Below are positions 1-12,121 of a stretch of 64,000 bases of DNA, piece by piece. Origin of the DNA: Iphione sp. A-MEVVRFRX5. Taxonomy: Eukaryota. The translations under genes and the position numbers were made by a program. The DNA lies in contig OZ320316.1 of NCBI GenBank assembly GCA_976226885.1, positions 68,138,001 to 68,202,000 of the forward strand, given 5' to 3'. The notes under the pieces were generated by a model. It was not told where the DNA came from. It did not search any database and saw nothing but the letters and a program-made list of their open reading frames with translations. Within the stretch, counting starts at the first letter, position 1, and each line of letters starts with the position of its first letter.

Positions 1-1294
1 TCAGCACCCGCAAATGAGGAGACATACAGGCCCCAGGTAACACAATATAATCCTTGTTCTTTATTTGAATGCAAGCATAATTCTTCCATTGACTTTCACA
101 CTTGTGTATTTACAATTTCATGCAGATGAAATAAAAGTAATGCACTCTTTATCATTTGATTAAGTACAGTGTAAAAACGTCATTATCTTTGCTTTGTTTC
201 GTGAGCTTGCACTAAAAGCTACTCTACATGTATATGTATGCATTCGACACCAAAGGACTTTTCTGTTAGGTTGTTGCAGTTTTTTTATGTGATATAAATT
301 TCTTCAAGTAAGAGAATTTGTGACAATTTCTTGACACTGATAAGTCTGAGGTCTGTTTCATTATCATTGAAACCGAAAAAAAACATTGGTTATTCACGAT
401 CTTCTTTTTAAAATGGGAGATCTGTTCTGGACCAATCGCCTCCAGTTGTCTAAGCACAGTCTGTATAGTTGAAATTTACAACAACAGAAATGGATCATTT
501 TCAGATTTCTATATTTGAAGATGCTGCCCAGGTAGTTCTTGCCGTAATTGCCCTGCCCGCATAAAATTGCCGTAATTGCCCTGCCCTCATAAATTGATTA
601 AATTCTTACCACCTCGCTTAGCAATATACTATCATGACTTCCTAAAGCTGCAGACACATGCTAACATATTCTTTAAGATAGCTAATAATGACAGTTTAAC
701 AAGACCTCTAAAATAGAGGAGATGTAAATACATGTATATTCATATGAATGTGGCTGTAACAATTATTATAATATTATTATTAAATTATTATTGCTTGAGA
801 ATAGCAATTGTACACATGATCGTATGCGGATAACATATTTCGTTTGTCCATTTTTATCTACTTCCCTGCTTTCACATATGAAGCCAGTTATTAAAATTTT
901 CATCAGAGTGAGTACTAATTTCCGTGTGCATATATGTAACACCCATTCAATATTGTTTTTCTCATACAGATAGTGGCATTCAATTACTGTCTATTCAAAA
1001 TACATGGCATATTGCTTGATATTTCCATAACCAGTAAAGGACAACATAACGCACTGACCTGTACATTCTTTCTTATGTTTCAGCTAAAGCAATGTACGTA
1101 TATAGAGGCCTGCATAAGGCACAAAGGAGTCTATTCCACTGTATATAAAATTCATTTGCAACACTTGAATATATGACTAAATTTTGCTGTACCTTTCTCG
1201 GATGAGCTGTCCTATCCTGTGCACGGACTCTTACTGTTATCGAAAGCATCCTTATGAACGTTTTGCCTTGAAGGCACCTACCCCGGATGCTGCC

Positions 1295-1487
1295 ATGAAA
1301 GGTCGACGATCGTCTGGTGTCGGCCCGCCTCCTCCAATGGAAACAGTACTTCTCCCTCGAAGAAAGCCCCAGCCACTCCCACATGTCTTCAACCCGCTCT
1401 CGAAGGCCTTCGAGGCCACTGTCGACATACCTGGGTCGGCAGCGCCATCAGAGAGTAGTGGGACAAAGTTCCAACTCCTGTCGCGAG
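1295..1487 (+). CDS. IQCM: IQCM-like coding exon 1 (5' boundary uncertain)
   Basis: GCC-ATG at 1295 in ORF 1184-1495: MKGRRSSGVGPPPPMETVLL...FQLLSR; donor G|GTAAAT, phase 1. Coding may extend upstream to acceptors near 1246 or 1273. Confidence 0.6.
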
Positions 1488-4400
1488 GTAAATGAGTCAA
1501 AATACGTATTACACGTCTGAAAATACAGGGGAAGTCCAAATTGTGGTCAGCTCAGATGTTAAATGATGTCACATATCAAAAAAAACCAAAGTATATTTTT
1601 AACTAAATCTGGCTCTCAGGAATAATATATTCCTTTTAGGGTAGAATTTCAAGAGAGCTGAAGGTGTATCTGGGACTTTAATTACTACATGCATATATTT
1701 TTATCGAAATTAGAATTGATATGGCCATAGATTTCTCGTATAGGATGGTATGTGCATATTCATTTGTATCTATATTTCTATAAATGGGAAATGATTGTAG
1801 ATTAGTTTTGAAGTAACACAAAAATATTATTAGCGTGAGTGACTGGTATATCTACCATGTGTCTTATTTGAAAACAAAGAAAGAAAGATAAGTATATGGA
1901 ATCATTTTCAATAAATAAGAGTTCATGTGTAACTAATTCAGAAACTACACCGCGCGACCAACAGTCAAATTCTGGTAAGGATCTCTGGTGCAATAAGCAT
2001 GATTGATTATTGAAGTAAATTCGGATGGAATGTAGTTAGCCACCAAACACTTCTGTTCCCATTTGTACACCACGTGTGGCACTCACCATGGTATTTTTCT
2101 GTCTCATCCGCACTTCAGTTAAATAGTTTTAATCGATACAAATGTCCTAGAGTTAGCAGGACTCCAAGCATATGAAAACATAAAGCACTGGTAAATAACA
2201 TATGACAAAAAATTGTTCCCTTCCTTTTTAACCTGTTCAAATAAAATGCTCACAGTCTAGATATGCATGATTGTACTTATCCAAACGCACCTTTTTATAT
2301 ATTGTGTTCACCTAGAATTAATAGTAGGCTAATAAAATTAATTGCATTCTGCTTCCCTGAAACAATTTCTACTGCACATTGTACTGATAAGATCATATTA
2401 AATTTCTAGGCAACGATATATACGACGAAGCAGGAGGTTTGTATCATGATAGAATGCAGCTTTGCTCATAGTGCTGTACATTGCTCTTAGTAAGGTGTAC
2501 AATAATTGTATTATAGAATGAGTGGCCAATAGTGATATCAGATAGTCCCTCGTTATTCTGAAGAATAGTCATCACAACTTTTTAGGTATTGAGTGATAGG
2601 CTCCACTATCGCATATAGACAGGAAAAGTATGTTTTCATACTGCCTGCTATATATATATATATTATATATATACAGTCGAATGCTGCTATGCAACCAACC
2701 TTCTGTACATCACCAAAGTGGTTACAGTACTTGTTTGGGTCACATTATTATCTGACTTTGTATTAAATAATTTATTCAATGGTGGGATTATGTCTGTACG
2801 TCTGATCAAGTCGGATGTAACAACTATCAAAGGCAAAACCCTCACACCTATAACAGTGCATATTTTGCACGTACCTGCTACTACATGCTAAAGTGTGATG
2901 TAAAGGCCTCTAAGGGCATCAGGATGGCCAAGGATGGGGGTAACAGGTAGACAAGGTCTGGGAACGACCTCTCCACTTTGAGACATTCAAAACATATGAA
3001 TATTACTTTGAGATATGTAGTTGCAGGGTGATTTGGTCACTGTATGGTCTGGTCACGTTAGTGTGTTAAGCACATAGGTTAACAAAATTATGCTATAGAT
3101 TCGGTTCTGGAGAAATTTGCCTGGTATAGAGGTTTTGGTCACATTGTGGTGTACGTGGTTTCATCATAGCATTCGACTGTGCCTGTATTTGAAGCATTGA
3201 TCTTGTCAGCATCAATGGTTGTGCTCTAACTGTTCAGTTTGCCACACCTTTTTTTAAAAATATGGATCTCTGTAAATGCAGAGTGACAATTACTCTGTTA
3301 TTTTACCAGGTGGCTCAGTATATAAGGATCCAGCAGGAGGCGTCATCAGCCTGCGCATGACTCACCTTCAGAAGTGGGGTGACTTCCAGAAACGGCAGAA
3401 CAATGGACAGGAGATGCTTGGTAGGTCAACTTGATTATGCCCCTTAGTTCTTAACACTTAAAAGCAGGTTTATACAGCCTGACATATCAAAAGAAAAGCA
3501 AGACATTGTGGCATGTTAGCAGTAGTATAAGGGTCTGTTGCATCCAAACAAACCTGACCTACTTATTCCATTTGCTTCACTTTTGTTATCAGTAGTTTGT
3601 CTGATAAAGATGTAAACAATGTCTGAATATATGTGTACTTTCTTGATAAAGATGTCTGGGGCTGTAGGTGACCTATTTTCTGGTAAACAACTTTTCTGAT
3701 CCTATAGATTATCCGATCAGGTCACCCGAAGCAGTATTTCATCAATGGTTATATTTCCTAGTGGGGGGAGGGTTGTTGACATAGGAGTTTATGATGTTGT
3801 CAAGCTACGCCACGTTGGCGGCACATTCCTGATAAGGATGTCTAGGGTCAACATCCTGGGATAGGGTTCATCAAATTAGCAGGAGATGACGTCCCTGGAC
3901 AGGACTATGGATTCATCAAATTACCAGGAGATGACTTCCCAGGACAGGACTGTACGGATTCATCAAATTAGCAGGAGATGATTGCGGGAGAGTAGATTCA
4001 CAGGGGTACGTGGATAAGTTATGTAGGGATGAACGAGTTGGTGTGCAGAGCATGTATATAATGTGGGAGGTGGAGTGCAGTCACACCATCATCTCTCCAG
4101 TGCCACCGAACTATGACACCATCATCTCTCCAATGCCGCCAAACTTCAACACTGTCATCCCTCTAATACTGCCAAACTCTGACACTGTCATCTCTTGGAA
4201 ACCTACAGGTAGGTTCTTTCATGTTAAAATTAGGCATACCGTATGTAATATGTCATGTATTTTTTACCTAGTGTATCCCTTTTGAATGGTATATGTAAAG
4301 AAATTTTGTCTACTTTTTGCAGAATGAAACATGCAATGTCAACTGAATCTGTGATGGGTGACAATGTGGTGAACATCCCTAAGAACTCCTATGATGTGGT

Positions 4401-7400
4401 CAATACTCCCCTGAGTGTCAACATTGGAAAGAATCCATGGATCCCAGTGTCCTGTCATGACGGTATGTTGACCATACTACTATGGGAGATGGATAACAAG
4501 GACATATGGAGACTGTGTGAGAGGAAAGTTATGCCTCTTTCCTTAAAAACTGATTGAACGTGGAGCCGCAAATGAACGAGATAGACAACATCATGGTAAG
4601 ATTCAAGGAGGGTGAACATGGCCTTGAGAGAATGGCGTCTCTCAAAGGGGACATGTACATCTCTCTGAATAAACACTACAACCTAGTGACCATTTGGGAG
4701 TTTGTACCAAGGATGTTTGATTGTAAGGGGGGGTCACATACCTACGTGACATGGCATTGCTTGGAAGTTCAGTGAGTGGCACCACTTGAAGGACTTTCGC
4801 CAAAGGATACCACCATGTGAAAGAGTCATGAAGGAGGACGGCAAGCCTCCTTCTGGTGACACTGAGAAAAAGAAGTGTGAGGAGGAGATCATACCCTCTG
4901 TTGATGGACAAGGTCAAGACAATTTGATGTTAGAGTGTGTGTATCATATGTTGTATACTGGTTTTACACATTTGTCTAATGCATCATGTCCAGGATGTGA
5001 CATGTTTAAACCAGGGTAGATCATAAAGGAAATGGTGGTTGGTTGGCAGAATGGGAGAAAAAGGTATAGTTTCAGTTCCACAATGTTAAGAGAAGAATGT
5101 GTATTTCATATCTTGCTTCTATGTGTAAAGAATGCAGGAAATTATTAAACTGGGGACCCAACCTATATACAGGTCAAATGATCAGTAGGGTTATCTAGCA
5201 AGATGATATGTTGAAAGGGATGTTATCGAGGGGGTCACCTCCAAAACAGTACTCTGACATGATCAAAAAGTTAAAAGACAGAAGTCGTACTGAAGACGAT
5301 ATGAGTCCCTTTAAGGTAAAAGCTTCATTGTGCATTTTGCAGGTTGAAGGAAACCTCAAAAGGTTGAGCCGTGAAACGTGTGCTGGTTGTGAAATCTATG
5401 CTCCAGGGCAAGATGCTCACATGAGTGATGGAGGTTATCTGGATGAATGGAAAACTAAAATCTGTCATCATCTAGGTGTATCCCAATGGGAGGTTAGTAA
5501 ATCAGTCGCTATGTCTAGTTGAGACCCCTGAAGAGGTAGTGAAGGCACTCCAGTCCATTTTGGCAGAAGGTAGCACACCACAATCCATTAGGACCGATGG
5601 TGTGATAATTTCAAAACAAGACAGTCAGAACTTTCCTGGACAAACAAGGTATACTTCGAGTCGACATTGTATCGCTAATTCATCAGTAGGAATAAACTAT
5701 GCTATATAGACGTACTCCAAGATTTAGTGAAGAGTTACAACCACACGATGCACTCTAGTTTAGGCCCAACATCTGCATCAGTGAACAAGGAAAACGAAAG
5801 TGAAATGAGACTAGGCCAGTATATGCTGACAAGGAAGAAGAAGAAGACTCTTTCTCCTCAAAGAATGTGGTTTAATGTTGGCAATGAAGTCCATGTGTCC
5901 TTCAGAAGAGAACCGTTTGACTGAGAGTATGGTCAGAAGTGGTCAGGCAAAGTCTTCATCATCTCAGAAAGGAGGAGACGAAATAGTATTCCCATCTGTA
6001 AGTTAAAAGACTGGTATGGAGAACCTATTAAAGGAACATTCTACCAACAGCAGCTTCAGAAAGTGAATGTCAGTGACAAAGACAGTTTCAAATCGAAAAG
6101 ATTTTGAAGCGAAGAAAATGCAATGGAAAGAATCAAGTCTTGGTCAAGTGGTTACATTGGCCCAAGAAATTCAACCAGTTGATCGACAAGGATAACATCA
6201 CCACACTGTAAACATGGAGGATATATTTTTTTCTGTCTAGCAACAATTCATTGGAGTATACCAGAGGCTATGAACCTGAAAGGAGAAAAACAATGGGGGT
6301 GTGCTCCAGAAGACTTTCAGTATAGGACTCTGGTGGCAACAAATCTCTTTGTGTTCTGTGATGTAATAGAAGACAGTTATGTATGAAACAGGAAACTCCC
6401 CATCATACGATGTGTAAAACGTGATTTCCTTACAAGACATGTTGTACAGAATTACACTTTGTTAATCAGTTTTCCTATCACCAGAATGGAAATTAATATC
6501 ATCACAATACATATAACGGAAGAGGACTTCGAATTTGGAACATTACCAACCAACAAGGTGTACACTTCATTTCTTTAAAAAGTAAGTGCCAACATATGGA
6601 AGAAACATTTCAAAGCCATGTTAGAAGGGAAGATACGTCCAGGCAAACAGGGAATGTGACAAGTAATGGATACTCCTGAAGAAGATAGTAAACCACCAGC
6701 AACCATCAAAGTAGTCAGTAATACTCAACAGGTGGTGGAACAAGCCAAGAACTAGACAAATAAACATAATCAAAAGAGGAAACGAGTCACATTTTATTCA
6801 CAGAACAACAACCAATCAAAACAAGAGAAAATCTACTACAAAACAATATGTGCCCATCAGAAACTGACAGTCTACTCTGACACATCAGTCAAGAAAGGCA
6901 ACGACAAGAAAAACAAAACCACCACCACAGAGGAGGAGGAGATGTCAGTCAGCTGTAAAATGAGTCACCCCTAAAAATCCCTCAGATGCACACCTAAATG
7001 TGTGATGATGAGACCTGACTAACACTAGTCCCAACCAAAACCTTAATTTTTTTTAAAACAAGGACATAGACTTGAATAATTTCTCACCAAAATATTCCCA
7101 AACAAATGCATACAATGAAAAAAACTATAATTTCAAGCCAGCTACAAGGCATGATGGAATGACACAGGTGGACACTTGCACCAATGAAAACGTCTGTTCA
7201 TATGTGCAGAAAAGTCTATCTTAAGGGGTGGATAAGAGCTATGGAATTGTTTCCTAGTTGGTAGCGCACATCACAAGTCGTCGTTCTCAACAACAGAGAT
7301 GTGAAAAACACATGCATACACACATGGCAACCCATACCCCCAAGAAGTGGGGTGGGGTGCCACCCTTCTTGGACAGTCTGAGACCACTTTCTAAGAGGAC

Positions 7401-10400
7401 GTATTCAACCATGCTGCATTTCCATTTTCCTGCCATTCCTCTCCTTCGAGAGAATATCCGCCTATCCATATGGGACATGTGAATACATACCCCAGCGCAA
7501 GCATGTGATATGCACAGGGAGGAACCTGAGGCATTACCCTCGTTTGATCGGCATCAGAGTTTACACCTATGTGGACTTGCACAGGAATCGTATCACCCAT
7601 GTGCCACCCATTGACATGATGCCTTTCACAGTGGTGGACTTGAGGGACAACCCTCTGAATTGTTCAGCGGTTGCTGCATTTTCCCCTGCTAGGATCGTCC
7701 AGAATGCTTTTAATTTTACCACTGCTACTACCAACTCGTCTTCCTCTTCTTCTTTGGATACAAACAAAGGGGTGTACCACAGGAGAATAGTCCGACAGTG
7801 ACTGTTGCCTATCAACCTGAGGGTCTATGGGACTGTGTGTCTGTGTGAGTGTTGCAATCACATTCCTTGTTAAGAAATGGTTTTATGCTCAGAGCAGGAG
7901 GAGTGATCTGCAATTGAGAAAAAGAGAGTTAAGAATGAAGGATGATCGTCTTAGCATTACCAGTTCCAACATATTTGACACTCCTGTGGACACGGCCACC
8001 ACCGTTCATGTTGTGGAAGTCCATTCCACACCCACAGAAAAAGAAATGGATACTGCACCTATATGCCACCACCACGACAACCAACACTACCAGATCAAGC
8101 ACCACTGTGCCATTTAAGCTCAGTGGGGTTGTACTCCCTCACTCCTCCTTTGTTTGTGAGTACCTCCTCACATAGCAGTGCAGGTAACTTTCCTCCCTTG
8201 GTAAATCCCTGTTTAGGATTCACTCAAAACTTGTTCCAGTGATGCTCCTGATGTTTATCCTCATCGCCATTGTAATATTCCCTTGCTTGGTAATAATAAG
8301 ACAAGATTTAACTTAGTTTTCTACTCCTTTACTGCACTGCACATGTGGTGTTACTCCATGGCTCCTGTGTGGTGGTCCCTCACTGAATATTCCTGCCTAG
8401 CATGTTACCTGGTGGTACTGGTACACTACATCCCTTCCTTTCTTCAGAAAACAAAACTTCCTACCTCTCTTCCCTGACTTCAGTTCTTCTTCAATATAAA
8501 GTCATGATGTTTAAAAGACCGAGTGTTCCTATAATACTGAGTTCATGGCCTTCCTTTGATTTCACTGAGTATTGCTCGCTGTTGAAGTTAGATGTGCTCT
8601 GTGGATCCTTTTTCTTCCCTTTCACATACATGAATTTTGCCACTGCTGTTCCATCTTCTGTCTTCACCTTTTCACCTCCATCTTTCTTGTTCTCTCCTCC
8701 CTTGTCACTGATCTGTACTCTGTCTTCACAGTTGCATCCTCCAAGTTCTTTTTCATATTTTTCTTTAGCTTCCTCTTCACCTTCTTTTTCACATCTTTCT
8801 TCTCATTTGCACCAGAATGTTGTTGTCTGATGATGGCTTCCCTCTCACTGTTGATGTTACCACTTATGTAGATATCCTTGATTAATAGTTTGTGTTTTCC
8901 ATCACCTTTATCATGTTGGCAACATGGTAGCCTCCTCACTAATTTGGCTTCCAGCCTAGTTTCCTCATTCACATGAGATTTCCTCCGGCCCTCTTTCCAG
9001 TTCCCAATGCTAGTCGATACATTGGAGTCCTTTTGTCAGTGTTATTCCCCTCTACAGTAATGGAATGCACTCTTGGTGACTTGGGTGGTCCCATCCATAG
9101 CAAATTCAATTTGTCTGCAGTCTGTTTACCAAGAAGAATCTGTCCAGTCCCCTAGATAACAGTAAACTCATCTCGACAATGTTTCTTACTGGCTGGACAC
9201 ACTATCACGGCCTCAAATATTCCCAAGACTTCTATGGGTTTTGCTTACCCATATGTGAAAAGCTTCTTGTTGGACAGTCAGGACACACACTTCACTTTGT
9301 TATATTTCATCATGTTCAAGGTTGCCTTGTCCATGATGTTACAGGATGCACCTGAGTCGATCAACACAGATCTCAGGTCAACTTCTTCAACTTCCAGGTC
9401 AACCATACCAGTTCATCTTCTCTGCCCCTACTGCAAAGATGTAGTCTCCATAACCTCCAACCTGTCCACCATGATTCACCTGTTATGTTTTTCCCTCTTC
9501 TTGGTACTTCTCCCTTTGTTGCTTCTGTTGAGTGTCTTTGCCCTTGGTGTGACAGCATACCACAAAATGTCCCATTTTCCCACATTTGCTGCATTCCTTA
9601 CCTCGGGCAGGGCATTCCTGATCCTTTGACAAGTGATCCTTCTTGTTGCAGTGGAAACATCTCTTCCCACTGCCATGCCCACTGTTTCTTTCTCTGGTTG
9701 CACCTCCCGCTCCCTCTTGTTCCTCCTTATTCCCCTTTGGGACATTACCCTTCCTCTGTACTGCATTCACTTCAGTTGATGCCTCGGTCCTGGTCATCAA
9801 CTTCATTTGTGCCTTGACTGCTTCATAGGCACATGTGATATCCTCTAAGTCCTTTAATGTGGCATTTACCATGCCCACCACGTCCACTGCCGCCACAGCA
9901 TTCACCATCACCATCACCACCCTCACAGGAAGTACCACCACCACCACTACCACAGCCACCAGTTCCACCAACCCGACCTTCTAGAGCAAAACTTGGCAGA
10001 GGGACGAAGAGACTGTAGCCATATCCATCTTTCAGGAGATCAAGGTGGCTGTCCAGGAAAGGAAGAAATCTGCTGAATATCGTAATAAGAAAGCAAGAAA
10101 GTGAGCATATAAACATTTTCAGTATTACTTATTTTTTAGCAGAAAACCTATTCATTTTGCTGTAGCCAGGTGACCTTATATATCATTTTTAAAACATTGT
10201 GTGCTGCCTGAGTGGGTATAGTAAAATCAGTGTCTGCTGTAGTCAGGTGTCCGTGTATATCATTTTTAAAACATGGTGTGTTTCCTCAGCAGGCAAAGTA
10301 GAATCAGTGTCTGCTGTAGTCAGGTGTCCTTACATCATTTTTAAAACATTGTGTGTTGCCTCTGTAGAAATAGGAAAATCAGTGACTGTTATGTAGTCAG

Positions 10401-12084
10401 ATGTCCTTATATATCTTTATATCATTTTAAATCGTTGTGGGCTGTGGCCACAAGTGTTCATAATCACTGTACTGTAAACAGGCATTAAAACATCAAATAA
10501 AGTTTGATGAACTTTTTGCATTCTGTTTTATTCTATGTGCAGTTCAATATAGAAGTAACATTTTATGGTAATAAAGTATTAAAAAATGTTCTACCATGCC
10601 TACACCAGTCTGCGGTACACCACTTTTAAACAAAAACAATATAACTACTATGAACAGACTAAACCAGGTAGCCAAGGTTTTAACACAGGGCCAGAACTCA
10701 TGCACGACTTCCTCTTCAAAATGCAATACAGACAGCACTATGGCCCCAGACATCCTTATCAGGAAAGTACACATGTACTTAGACATTGTTTAGATCCTTA
10801 TCAGACAAACTACTGATAATAAAAGTGAACCAAACAGAAAAAGAAGGTAAGGTTTGTTTGGGATGCAAGAGACCCTTATACTACTACTGTTAGCTACCAA
10901 AAAATAACAGTGGTCAGATGTGGGGTGGGGCAAGGGGTGAAAACATGTACATGGGATGTTTTCTGCCCATGAATACGTTTGTGTGTTAGTTGATCATAAG
11001 TCATAAGGGAAATGTACATGATGTAGAGTTCAGAAGTTGTATTCACTTTTTATTACTTCTATTACCTCTTGAGGACTCATTTATACTTTCCTTATCCAAT
11101 TAACCCAATTGTAGATATACTACTTTTTTCCTAGGACCTTATCACCACTTTGATAATGTAAACTAGAGTGTATCTTCAGACACAAAAATAGGCCTGATGA
11201 GCGAAATCCTGTTTACTCATTTTAAAGTCAATGTTTTCCACTGACATTCTTATCTTATTGTGCCATTTCACAATATAAATTATTTAAGACCTCCTACACA
11301 GGCTTTTCATCCAGCACTATTTGTTCTGTGGAGGGACATTCAATGATAAGGCGTATCATGGGCAAGGAGACATGGCACTCACATTTCATTTGTCATAGCA
11401 GGGTAGCCATTGGTTAACTGACAGCTCATTCAATTCGTTTTTTCTTCCTGGAGAAGTTGTATTCACCTTGACAGTGGACTATTACAAAAACTCGTCTTTT
11501 ACTCGTTTGTTTGAGCATAACTTTCACCATGAACCTGTCTTCCTGCATGTTGCAAGTAAAATATCGACATTGCGTTCATTTATGATAATGCTTAACCATA
11601 GCTCCTCTATACTTCAGTGTTAGAAATCAAAATAACATTATGTTGATCCTATCGTCCTTTCCCTAGCCAAACTGCAACATGTTGGACGTTCGGGTGTCCC
11701 TGGAAGTACCCGCTACGCGGCGCATGAGCATGGAGTAATGACTGAAGAGATGACACGTGACATCATCGCTAATTATGCTCTTCTGGACGAGTACAGGAGG
11801 TTGCAGGAAGGTACGTGTTGGAAATATATCCAGAAAGGTACTTTATGGAAAGTGTTGACCTTTCACACATACCCAAAATTAAAAGCATCGGTGAAGCCAT
11901 CAACTTTAGCAAACCGAGATAGACACTAGGTGTCTCCCTCAGAATAGTCCAGGTGGTGCTACCATCGGCTGCAATTCCCAAAGGCGCTTTAATACAGTTA
12001 TCGCTGTGGTTAGACGTATCCATAGACGCTTCACCTTTTCACTGAAGTGCCTGAGGGTATTGCAGTTGACAGCAGCATCACCTA

Positions 12085-12121
<37 letters not shown>

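Larger units (their letters stand above)
3860..8120 (+). mobile_element. Decayed Polinton/Maverick-like (endogenous virus-like) segment; boundaries approximate
   Basis: Co-oriented, intronless, disrupted ORFs: possible PC4-like piece (about 4570-4780), two CxGC..PG..H..GG.L.EW ORFs, Polinton-type integrase plus chromodomain, and a minor-capsid-like remnant. No pPolB, ATPase, major capsid or TIRs seen. Confidence 0.65.

Noticed and set aside
1640-1663. Candidate micro-exon TTTTAG|GGTAGA..GAAG|GTGTAT
   Set aside because: In the required phase 1 it introduces an immediate TAG.
8402-8871. Plus-strand Ser/Phe-rich ORFs (142 aa and 99 aa)
   Set aside because: Antisense shadows of the Lys/Glu-rich Gypsy integrase tail on the minus strand.
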